From Candidatus Methanoperedens sp. (GTDB lineage: Archaea; Halobacteriota; Methanosarcinia; Methanosarcinales; Methanoperedenaceae), in contig JAPZAR010000007.1 of assembly GCA_027460535.1 (NCBI GenBank), forward strand, positions 60,001 through 92,000: DNA of 32,000 nucleotides. The letters are read 5' to 3'. The notes beneath the pieces are model-generated. The model was not told where the DNA came from. It searched no databases and worked only from the letters and a program-made list of their open reading frames with translations. The position numbers and the translations under genes are program-made. How positions within the stretch are numbered: position 1 is the stretch's first letter; the number at the start of each line of letters is the position of its first letter. This document shows positions 1 to 7,764 of this stretch, one piece after another.

Positions 1-201
1 GCGTATTCACTCGTAATAGGCTCAAATCTAGGCGCCAATTTTACAACCTTCGGGGCGCTTGCCGGGATACTCTGGCTTGAGAGCGCGCGTCGCTATGGCT
101 GGAGCACGAAAATGACTGATCTATTAAAGATAGGCCTTTTCGTGACCCCAATAGCGATACTTGGATCGAGCATAGTGCTGGCGATTGAATTAATGCTTTG
201 A
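1..201 (+). CDS. ArsB/NhaD-superfamily permease, C-terminal fragment (gene begins upstream of window)
   Basis: Frame 1 is open from base 1 to TGA at 199-201. The translation AYSLVIGSNLGANFTTFGALAGILWLESARRYGW...IVLAIELML is hydrophobic. It resembles the conserved C-terminal 'GSNLGAN.T..G.LA..LW' region of arsenical-pump/citrate-transporter-like permeases. It is absent from the ORF track because it has no in-window start. Confidence 0.55.
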   Translation, partial: AYSLVIGSNLGANFTTFGALAGILWLESARRYGWSTKMTDLLKIGLFVTPIAILGSSIVLAIELML

Positions 202-384
202 CCATAAACGATATATCGATTAATAAATAATCTAAGTCCAATTGTCAATAATTTGTGCGGCTGAACGGCCAGAGTCGCGCCTCGAAACCCTGCGGGTTCT
301 CGACTCCGCACACACGTATGGCTGCGCCATACGTGGATATATCTCCGGCTCGATTGGACAATGAACATTGAAAAAATACGATAT

Positions 385-498
385 GCGGCTGTGGTCCAGC
401 GGCTATGACAGGGGCTTCCCAACAGCCTTTTGCAGGCAAAAGCTTGATCAAAAGGAGGGAAATAGCCTCTAACCCGGGTTCGAATCCCGGCAGCCGCA
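385..498 (+). tRNA. tRNA-Gly (anticodon CCC) with an intron of about 42 nt at canonical position 37/38
   Basis: Manual cloverleaf. Perfect 7-bp acceptor GCGGCTG (385-391)/CAGCCGC (491-497) with discriminator A498. D arm 394-409 with a GG-containing loop. Anticodon stem GGGGC (411-415)/GCCTC (465-469). Loop TTCCCA..A gives anticodon CCC (418-420). T arm CCGGG-TTCGAAT-CCCGG (474-490). The insert at about 422-463 interrupts the anticodon loop. T417-C420 pair with G457-A460, next to the 3-nt bulge AAT (461-463), and C426-T431 pair with A450-G455. This is bulge-helix-bulge-like. CCA is not encoded. Confidence 0.85.
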
Positions 499-554
499 CT
501 TAATATTCGGGGATACATACACAACATACGTAATGTCACCTCAAAATGTCACCT

Positions 555-576
555 ATTCCGTAACGGGAATTTTTTA
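555..576 (+). terminator. Candidate tRNA transcript terminator (short hairpin plus oligo-T)
   Basis: ATTCC (555-559) pairs with GGAAT (566-570) across a 6-nt loop, followed by a run of six T (570-575). Archaeal RNA polymerase terminates at oligo-T tracts. The site lies 57 nt downstream of the tRNA 3' end. Confidence 0.35.
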
Positions 577-596
577 AGATAACCTTTGTGTTATAA

Positions 597-1030
597 AACC
601 CAAATTTGACAGTTCTAATTATTACTGAATGATTTTACAATTTTTATTATCAACGATAAAACGTGGTTTTGAATTTTTCACCATTTTTTCAAGCATAAAT
701 TTGACAGTTCTATTTCTGTTTGTTGAATGCGATTTCTTTGATTTTTCACTTGTTTTTAGATCAACAATTTGACAGTTCCTTTATCTTTGATAGAATTTGG
801 TTTTGATGATTTTTGACTTTTTTTATTGACCTGTTATTTGACAGGTGAGACAAGTATATCTAAACAGAAAATTACCAAAAAATACAACATGGAATTTGAC
901 AGTTGCTGTAGATTTTCGAAAAAAATAAACAAGAATGGTATATTTTTGTTATTTTCACTCAAATAATAAGGAAAATTTGTTGTTAAAAGAGAATATTCTC
1001 TTTTAAGAAGACTGCCATCTGTCAAACTTA
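597..1030 (+). repeat. Iteron-like array of degenerate 57-94-bp units sharing the core (A)ATTTGACAG(TTC)
   Basis: Direct copies at 603-615, 697-710, 766-778, 836-847 and 893-905. One inverted copy, CTGTCAAAC, at 1019-1027. A second shared submotif, GGTTTTGA(n)TTTTTCAC, occurs at about 665-682, 735-750 and 799-818. The region is very AT-rich and ORF-free apart from one implausible antisense ORF. Confidence 0.8.
983..1006. repeat. Perfect 24-bp palindrome TTAAAAGAGAAT|ATTCTCTTTTAA
   Basis: Read directly: the 12-nt half-sites are exact reverse complements. It lies between the last direct iteron and the inverted iteron, about 200 bp upstream of the 1209 start codon. Confidence 0.9.
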
Positions 1031-1208
1031 GGATAAAAGCATCATATATGGTGGATACTCTCGGCAAGCTCCTGTCTTGGCTCATATACAATAATTGGTA
1101 GATGGATTTTTTTATGAGAGTAGTATAAAATCCAAAAAATTACTTGATTATCAGAAATTATTAGATATAAAAACATTTATGCATTGTTAAATTAACGGAA
1201 TAGTAAAC

Positions 1209-2375
1209 ATGCCAAGGAAATTATCTGACTTTCGTTTAGCATCGCAAGAAGAAATAGAAAGTGTGGGTTATGGTGGCGCAGGAATATTTACAGGGGCCCC
1301 TGGTGGATTCCACAGAACAATTATTTATAAATTAATGAACGAAACTTTTGGTCCGCCAAATACTTATGCAGGAGACAAATCTACTTGGGAATGGATTATT
1401 TATACTAACGCTGGTCTTTTGACAATATATGATTATAAGGGAGATTGGTCAATCGGATATGCTAGTACAAATCTAAAGCTATCTATTGAATTATTAAATG
1501 AAGCATCTGCATTACAGGATGCTCTGCTAATAGAGGCAGATAAAATTCATTTTTCAAAAATGCAAATTCAGAAACTAAAGGTTGGAGGAGCTATCTTAAA
1601 TCCTTATTCTTTGTATCGTAATACAACAGAGGATTTGATAAGACAGACTAGCGAGATAATTAAAGAGATAGAGAGTTTACAAAAAGAAAGAGATATTAAT
1701 AAAACTCTTGACTCTTTTGCTAAATCTCAATTTGTGTCATCCTTAAATAGGTCAGCATTTATGACTACATTTTTGAGTTTAGAAGGCTTTATAAACCTTG
1801 TATATACACTGTTCCTAAAAAATAGATATCGGAATGATATATACGACAAACGGCTTAGAAATGAAATGCTTCCGATAAAAATTTTAGAAATGGATGTATA
1901 TTGCCATTCATTCAAAAGCTCTCCACTAGAAAAAAATGGTGAATTATTTGGTGCGATTCAACATTTTATAAATACAAGAAATCTAATATTACATGCAAAT
2001 ATATCTGATGCAATGGAAGAGCATATTATTAAACAGGATACAAATTTACTTGTCTTGAAGCGCAAAGAGGAAAAAGAGAAATATGGAATAGCATCAGACA
2101 TAATGAATCTCAATAACGTCAATGTTATTAGAGCAAATAAGTTAGTTCAAAAGTTTGTAGCGAAAGTACTTCAATCTCTTGCTGAAGATGTAAAAATTCC
2201 TTTTACTATGGTTCATTCCAATCTTTGGGTGGAATATCGCCATGAAGAACCAGACTCAATTTTTTTCCCTTTAAGTGAAGATGACTATGTCCCGTTAAAA
2301 GAAATCAGGTCAATTTTGAAGGAGTCCACAGAACTGGACGAAGATTATTATAATATTAGTGAGAAAAAATTTTAA
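1209..2375 (+). CDS. Orphan 388-aa protein with an unknown N-terminal domain and a C-terminal HEPN-like domain (putative RNase/abortive-infection-type effector)
   Basis: Long ORF in an AT-rich island with a TATA-like ATATAAAAA about 40 bp upstream. 'INTRNLILHAN' contains R257-x4-H262 (nt 1977-1994), the Rx4-6H signature of HEPN nucleases, in the common R-N-x-x-x-H form. It is preceded by the predicted helix 'AFMTTFLSLEGFINLVY' with a conserved acidic residue. I do not recognise residues 1-95 (GYGGAGIFTGAPGG...WEWIIYTNAGLLTIYDYKGDWSIGY). Confidence 0.45.
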   Translation: MPRKLSDFRLASQEEIESVGYGGAGIFTGAPGGFHRTIIYKLMNETFGPPNTYAGDKSTWEWIIYTNAGLLTIYDYKGDWSIGYASTNLKLSIELLNEASALQDALLIEADKIHFSKMQIQKLKVGGAILNPYSLYRNTTEDLIRQTSEIIKEIESLQKERDINKTLDSFAKSQFVSSLNRSAFMTTFLSLEGFINLVYTLFLKNRYRNDIYDKRLRNEMLPIKILEMDVYCHSFKSSPLEKNGELFGAIQHFINTRNLILHANISDAMEEHIIKQDTNLLVLKRKEEKEKYGIASDIMNLNNVNVIRANKLVQKFVAKVLQSLAEDVKIPFTMVHSNLWVEYRHEEPDSIFFPLSEDDYVPLKEIRSILKESTELDEDYYNISEKKF

Positions 2376-2506
2376 ACCTATGTTTGATAATATATTATAA
2401 TTATTCAAATATAATTATTATTTATAAACTATCCTTTCATTTAGTTTATACACACCCATAACCCCGTATTTTGAAATGCGTAAAACAAAAAATTATACGC
2501 AATTAA

Positions 2507-3136
2507 TCAATCATATGGAAAAAGCGTTCGTTCCCTTTTCAATTTTATTCCATGAATGAGAGCGACTTCATTTTTTTGTTCCTCTATACTTATGTAGTGT
2601 CCGTGTTTTAACATGTAATACCCAAAGATTGGCAAAATAATTGCTAATAAAATATAGTACACTGAGGGACTTATTTTTTCGGTAAGAAAACGAACAATAG
2701 CAACTATTGACATCACAAATCCTCCAAGTAAAGACGCAGACCCTATAGACATTTCTAATACAGAAAAGTAAGTCAATCTTTCAAGTGAATTTAATACTTT
2801 CTCATCGTAATTATCTATCAAATCTTGTAAGATAGTATATTGACTTTTATAATCATAGGGGGATTTATAGAGGGTATTTATAGAATCCTTCTCAATGGGA
2901 CAGATTACCTCAGTCGCAATGCGATGTAGTGCTACCCCAGCTATATAAAAAATCGCCAAGAAACCAATTAATTTTGAAGATAGTTGCGGAAGATCAATCT
3001 CTCCCCATAATGTATAGTTAAAAATACTGATAAATAGTCCACCAGCAATGAGATAAACAAGATCACGACCAAAGAAATGCGAGTAAAACCCTTCCATCAT
3101 TGAACCTTGGACGTCATTCATTGTTTCACCGTTCAA
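2507..3136 (-). CDS. Orphan integral membrane protein (about 4 TM segments, 209 aa)
   Basis: ORF with four hydrophobic stretches (LVYLIAGGLFISIF, LIGFLAIFYIAGVAL, IGSASLLGGFVMSIVAIV, VYYILLAIILPIFGYYML) and a soluble loop of about 50 aa. Convergent with the 1209-2375 gene. No recognisable family motif. Confidence 0.55.
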   Translation of the reverse strand: MNGETMNDVQGSMMEGFYSHFFGRDLVYLIAGGLFISIFNYTLWGEIDLPQLSSKLIGFLAIFYIAGVALHRIATEVICPIEKDSINTLYKSPYDYKSQYTILQDLIDNYDEKVLNSLERLTYFSVLEMSIGSASLLGGFVMSIVAIVRFLTEKISPSVYYILLAIILPIFGYYMLKHGHYISIEEQKNEVALIHGIKLKRERTLFPYD

Positions 3137-3669
3137 ATAACATAACTCTTATTTATTTCACAAACTTAAATATTATGTGTCTGGCTTTAACAGTCAGTAA
3201 GGGTTTAGCTTAAAAACTACCTGTCTATTACGAGAGGTTTAATCTATATTCAAACTTAATTGCAATCTACAGGAAAGGGACATAATTACGGCAAGCCCAG
3301 CAAAATGTGCAGAAGTCTTGATCATATTTGGCAATTTGCGACTTGAGTCTATTTTGATCAACCCATTAAAAAGTTATAGTAAGTAAAATAAAATTATATT
3401 GAAAAAATATTTTACTAAGTTGTAAATACCCATTTGGGAATCGATTAGAAAGCTGAGAGGCAAACCGATTGCAACAAATCGAAAATGGCATGCGATTATA
3501 AGAAAAGTGATACTTACTTCCCGAAGGTAAACAATCCATATCATCAATGAAAAATCTCCTTGGCAATCTTTTTCTCAACATTAATCATGCTGTTGTGCAA
3601 AACTATTGTTAATTCTAAGGTCGCAGATTACGTCCCTTGAAAAGCGGCGGTCTATAGGAGGACTAGGTT

Positions 3670-3993
3670 ATGAATTTGCTGAAATTGAGGTATGATGAAG
3701 CTCTATGCATAGTTACTGGCTTTCAAGTGCTTGATGTTGGATTTACTTATTATGCCCTTGAAATCTTAAAACTTCACGAAGCAAACAGATTAATGTATTA
3801 TTTATTTGATAATTTCGGATTTATGATAGCTTTGTTTTTCAAGATACTGTATATGTCAGCGATCATCTATTTCTGTCACAGATATTTTAGACTTGGAGAA
3901 AAATTTGGATATTTCGCTTTGATTATATTCTATAATTTAGTATTGTTTAATAATGTTCTTTCAATTTTTTCAAAATTGGCGGTGGTGAATTAA
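3670..3993 (+). CDS. Small membrane protein, DUF5658-like (107 aa)
   Basis: Strong Shine-Dalgarno-like GGAGG 8 nt upstream of the ATG. It has 3-4 hydrophobic helices. 'DVGFTYYAL...HEANRLM' resembles the D..T...L....E.NP pattern of the small archaeal/bacterial DUF5658 family. Confidence 0.5.
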   Translation: MNLLKLRYDEALCIVTGFQVLDVGFTYYALEILKLHEANRLMYYLFDNFGFMIALFFKILYMSAIIYFCHRYFRLGEKFGYFALIIFYNLVLFNNVLSIFSKLAVVN

Positions 3994-4275
3994 ATCCAAT
4001 GACATATCTTCAGAATGGCTTCCATTGCGATGGTGGGGGTATAATAATACGTACATAGGGTACCAGGTATGTGAAGATTGTGTACAGTATCATAGGGAAA
4101 AACCATCGCTCTTAAATGGTGAAATTAGCTTTTTGTCAAATGAATGGTCCTGGAGGGGAGAAGATTTTTTTAATACCGCCATATCCTGCCCACATTTTTT
4201 TAAGGTCTCGGAAAACCGAAGTTAGAAAATTATCCTGAAATAATTATTTATATTAGAAAAACGTGTGAAGATTCT

Positions 4276-4749
4276 ATGGGTACAAAAAAAGGTTTTTCGA
4301 GCGGTCAGATTTTAACAACAATGGGGGGAATTATCTCCATAATAAGCATATTTCTCCCGTGGTTCCATGCAACAAGTGCGACTTCAAGCCTATCGGTCAA
4401 TGGTCTCTTTTCTGCAAGTGGGAGCGGGATGTTGCTGCGGCTTGTAGGAGAGAATTCAAATTGGGGATTCCAGGGGCTCGGCGTCCTGGCTCTTGGGATA
4501 GTAAGTATCGCGGCTTCGCTCATTCTTCGCGACAAGATCCGAAGTTCAGCGATGATCGCATGCGGGATCCTGATAATTGGCGGCGGGGTTGTAAACCTGT
4601 GGAGCCTGCGTGATATCGGTCTATTCTCAGGTTCCATCTTTGGGGAAGTAATACAGGCCGGTGTTGGATATGGGCTCTATGCAGTTGTGATCGGAGGCAT
4701 AGTTACCGCCGCAGGCGGGCTCATAGAGTGGCGCGACCTGACTAAATAA
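4276..4749 (+). CDS. Glycine-rich integral membrane protein (157 aa)
   Basis: ORF with at least 4 hydrophobic Gly/Ile-rich segments. Base composition returns to the higher-GC background here. No family recognised. Confidence 0.6.
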   Translation: MGTKKGFSSGQILTTMGGIISIISIFLPWFHATSATSSLSVNGLFSASGSGMLLRLVGENSNWGFQGLGVLALGIVSIAASLILRDKIRSSAMIACGILIIGGGVVNLWSLRDIGLFSGSIFGEVIQAGVGYGLYAVVIGGIVTAAGGLIEWRDLTK

Positions 4750-4781
4750 ACTTATTAATCCCCTCTGCATAGTGGAGGATT

Positions 4782-5294
4782 ATGATTGTTTCCATGACTC
4801 TTGAACTCAAGGATATTCCCGGCCAGCTTGTTCTGGCGCTTTCACCGATATCGGAACTACACGGGAATATTATGAGTGTTGTGCATCAACACGAAGAGAA
4901 AACTCCCAGAGGAACGATCCCTGTCCAAATCACTTTTGAGATAGACCAGAAGGTTCTTCATTACCTCATCGAACGCCTTGAAAATAGCGGTGTCAAAGTG
5001 GCAAGAGTCGGGGAAGAGAGGCTTCGTTCATCTGTTTCAGTTGTTCTTATCGGGCATATTATCCATTCGGACATCGGAGATACCATTGATAAAATAGATT
5101 CAACGGGTTTTGCAGAGGTTGTTGATCTTTCGCTTTCTATGCCGGCAATAGAGAAGACTTCTTCAGCATACCTCGTGATCAATGCGGTAGGAGAAAAAGA
5201 ACTCAAGAAAGCGCTTGAGATCCTAAGAAGTGTTGCGAATAAAAAAGATCTGTTGATGATAGAACCGATCCAGCTTAACTCGGAGGCAGCATGA
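4782..5294 (+). CDS. ACT-domain regulatory protein associated with homoserine dehydrogenase
   Basis: 'MTLELKDIPGQLVLALSPISELHGNIMSV' is a typical ACT beta-alpha-beta start, and a second ACT-like half follows. There is a 4-nt ATGA overlap with the downstream hom gene. A stand-alone ACT gene upstream of hom is a known arrangement in methanogenic archaea. Confidence 0.7.
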   Translation: MIVSMTLELKDIPGQLVLALSPISELHGNIMSVVHQHEEKTPRGTIPVQITFEIDQKVLHYLIERLENSGVKVARVGEERLRSSVSVVLIGHIIHSDIGDTIDKIDSTGFAEVVDLSLSMPAIEKTSSAYLVINAVGEKELKKALEILRSVANKKDLLMIEPIQLNSEAA

Positions 5295-6289
5295 GGGAAG
5301 TGCGGCTTTCCATCATCGGGTTCGGCGCCGTAGGTCAGGGTGTAGCCAGATCCATCCAGAAAAAAAATGAGTATCTAAAGAAACAGGGGATTGACCTTCG
5401 CGTAATAGGGATAGCGGATTCAGCCGGATGTGAGATAGATCCGCGGGGAATAGACCTGGAAAGGGCTATTGAAAGAAAAAAACAGACCGGTACTGTCGCA
5501 ACCGGACGGGAAAGCACGCGTTCGCTCATCGCCGGGGTGGAACATGATATCGTAGTTGAAGCAACTCCTACCAATATCGAAAACGGCGAGCCCGGACTTG
5601 GAAATATGCTGGCAGCATTCCAATCGGGAAAGCATGTGGTCACATCCAATAAAGGCCCTCTAGCACTTCGGTTTTCGGAGTTGAAAGAAGCAGCAGAGGA
5701 TAATGGGATGATGTTCAGGTATGAAGCCACAGTGGGCGGAGCAGTCCCGATATTCAACCTGATTCATGAGGCTCTTGCTGGAAATTCGGTTATCGGGATA
5801 GAAGGCATACTCAACGGCACAACCAATTACATCCTTACGCGGATGGCAGAGGAGAGACTGCCTTATGAGCTTGTGCTGAAGGAAGCGCAGGAACTGGGCA
5901 TAGCTGAAGCCGACCCGACCTATGATGTGGAAGGTATAGACTCGGCATGCAAGCTTGTCATAATCGCGAACTCGGTCTTCGGAAAATGTGCCACACATCG
6001 GGATGTTGATGTCACAGGTATCACAAAGATCATACCTGAAGCCCTTGAGCTTGCGAACAAGAACAATTATGTCGTGAAACTTATCTGCGAGGCCGGGAAT
6101 GGAAACCTTACTGTCGCTCCGCGCCTTGTTCCAAAGCGCCATCCGCTCGCAGTGGGGGGTACTCTGAACGTTGCTTCTATATTGACAGACCTTGCGGGAA
6201 GAATCACAATCAGCGGGAAGGGCGCGGGTTCGGTAGAAACTGCAAGCTCTATCCTGAGTGATATATTGTATATAGTTAAGAATTCATGA
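5291..6289 (+). CDS. hom: Homoserine dehydrogenase
   Basis: N-terminal Rossmann motif 'IIGFGAVGQGV'. Central 'VVTSNKGPLA' and 'YEATVGGAVPI' motifs are typical of homoserine dehydrogenase. 332 aa. Translationally coupled on both sides (ATGA overlaps at 5291 and 6286). Confidence 0.9.
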   Translation: MREVRLSIIGFGAVGQGVARSIQKKNEYLKKQGIDLRVIGIADSAGCEIDPRGIDLERAIERKKQTGTVATGRESTRSLIAGVEHDIVVEATPTNIENGEPGLGNMLAAFQSGKHVVTSNKGPLALRFSELKEAAEDNGMMFRYEATVGGAVPIFNLIHEALAGNSVIGIEGILNGTTNYILTRMAEERLPYELVLKEAQELGIAEADPTYDVEGIDSACKLVIIANSVFGKCATHRDVDVTGITKIIPEALELANKNNYVVKLICEAGNGNLTVAPRLVPKRHPLAVGGTLNVASILTDLAGRITISGKGAGSVETASSILSDILYIVKNS

Positions 6290-7302
6290 AAGCGGTTCTT
6301 GCAAGGAAAGAGGAAGCAGAAGCCGTCAGGCAGAGACTTTTCTTAGAGGATGCGGTTGAAAAGGAAAGAAAACTCGTAAAAAATAATGGTCTTGTTGAGA
6401 TCCCGGTAAGGGGATCTTATGTAACCAAGGATCTCACACTGATAGAGCAGGAAAATCCGCAATTCTATCTTCCTAAAAAGACACTCGACGAAATTCTCGA
6501 TATACCAGAACATGAGAAAAAACTCTTGCCTTCTGGATGGCAGGTTCTTGGGGATATTATCATCGTATCTCTCAAAGAAGGGCTTGAGAACCGGAAGACA
6601 GAGATAGGCAGGGCATTACTCTCCATTTATCCAAGATGCAGAACGGTGCTTCTTGACAGGGGAATAGCCGGGCAAACAAGGAAACCTGAACGGGAAATAA
6701 TCCTGGGTGAAATCACCGAAACTTTACACAAGGAGAATGGCTGTATCTTTAAGCTCGATGCAATGAGGATCATGTATTCCCAGGGCAACCAGAATGAAAA
6801 AAGGCGGATGAGCAAATTAGGGCGGGGTGAAATCGTTCTGGATATGTTCGCTGGAATCGGATATTTCTCGATACCAATGGCAGTACATTCAGCGCCAAAA
6901 AAGATAATCGCGTTAGAAATTAATCCTGTAGCCTTCGATTACTTGAAAGAAAATGTCAAGCTCAATAAGGTCGAAGAAATAGTTGAACCTGTAATTGGAG
7001 ACTGCGCGGTCGTCTGTCCTATCGGGATAGCGGACAGGGTTATCATGGGATATCTGGAGGCAAATATGTATCTTGAGCACGGCATCCGCGCTCTCCTGCC
7101 AGGTGGTATTTTACATTACCATGAAGCTGTGCCTGAAGCTATCGAGCGCCGTTCGGTTGAAAGGGTAATAGAGGCGGCCGGGAAAATGCATCGGAAGGCG
7201 GAGATACTGGGTGTGCGGAGAATCAAGAAATACTCGCCTGGGGTATGGCATGTAGTGGTGGACGCGAAGCTGGATGCTCCAGACCTCTCCTTTCAGGCAT
7301 AG
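6286..7302 (+). CDS. Trm5/Taw2-family class I SAM-dependent tRNA methyltransferase (tRNA G37 modification)
   Basis: 338 aa with the SAM-binding motif 'VLDMFAGIGYFSIPMA' and 'ALEINP', characteristic of the Trm5/TYW2 (Met-10+) family. N-terminal extension as in archaeal Trm5. The Trm5 versus Taw22 subtype cannot be resolved by eye. Confidence 0.75.
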   Translation: MKAVLARKEEAEAVRQRLFLEDAVEKERKLVKNNGLVEIPVRGSYVTKDLTLIEQENPQFYLPKKTLDEILDIPEHEKKLLPSGWQVLGDIIIVSLKEGLENRKTEIGRALLSIYPRCRTVLLDRGIAGQTRKPEREIILGEITETLHKENGCIFKLDAMRIMYSQGNQNEKRRMSKLGRGEIVLDMFAGIGYFSIPMAVHSAPKKIIALEINPVAFDYLKENVKLNKVEEIVEPVIGDCAVVCPIGIADRVIMGYLEANMYLEHGIRALLPGGILHYHEAVPEAIERRSVERVIEAAGKMHRKAEILGVRRIKKYSPGVWHVVVDAKLDAPDLSFQA

Positions 7303-7764
7303 GCTATTGCACTCTCAATATTGTCCCAATGACATACGCATGGATCATGTCGATAAGGTATTCTTGATTTCAGTTGCACTCTGTTTGCTCTCCCTTTTCT
7401 TTTCCTGTTCTATACCCTGTAAAGCACGTTCGTGTACACCGCTGAAGTGACTTTTCCTCTCATACCACGTAGCTCGGAAGCACGATGGATAACACAGCAT
7501 CAGAATAAATCCATGTTGATCACCTCATTTCATAAATGGCACTTGGGATATGAGCACTCGATCCAAGCAGAGTGAAACTATTCATGAATCCAACAGATTC
7601 ATAGATAAATATGAAAAATTGCATTTGTTCATACGAAGTGATCATCTATCTTGGGTGCCCGCGCATTCCCCTCAAAATACTTAATTATAACAGATATGTA
7701 TAAATATCATTAATATGTATCTTATATATATCATAATACTAATCATTATGATGGAGGCGAATAA

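Noticed and set aside
254-312. Possible second tRNA or tRNA fragment (GTGCGG...CCGCAC with a T-arm-like GCGGG-TTCTCGAC-TCCGC)
   Set aside because: It is only about 59 nt. It has no D arm or anticodon arm that folds, the loop is 8 nt, and it lacks the GTTCRANYC consensus. It is kept only as an unexplained structured element.
41-539. Three minus-strand ORFs (41-241, 93-539, 245-499) from the ORF track
   Set aside because: They run antisense to the permease 3' end and straight through the tRNA-Gly gene and the structured GC-rich segment. Their translations are low-complexity or Arg/Ser-rich, with no motifs. The tRNA and plus-strand CDS explain the region.
597-1030. Interpreting the iteron array as the chromosomal oriC (ORB elements)
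   Set aside because: The core TTTGACAG does not resemble the archaeal ORB/mini-ORB consensus I know, and no orc1/cdc6 gene is adjacent. Origin-like function remains only a hypothesis for a mobile-element relic.
834-1091. 85-aa minus-strand ORF within the iteron region
   Set aside because: It overlaps the repeats and palindrome, has AT-rich low-complexity codons, and has no RBS or motif. It is most likely a by-product of AT-rich DNA.
3366-3581. 71-aa minus-strand ORF in the ORF-poor stretch 3137-3669
   Set aside because: No recognisable motif or ribosome-binding site. It could be a gene relic, but I cannot support a call.
4025-4225. 66-aa ORF (MRWWGYNNTY...)
   Set aside because: It depends on a TTG start, has no RBS and no recognisable fold or motif. 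It sits at the island boundary. Evidence is insufficient.
7340-7510. Possible 52-aa minus-strand ORF (MLCYPSCFRATWYERKSHFSGVHERALQGIEQEKKRESKQ...) in the trm5-downstream spacer
   Set aside because: It is below the ORF-track threshold. There is only a vague resemblance to small regulatory proteins and no RBS. It cannot be supported.
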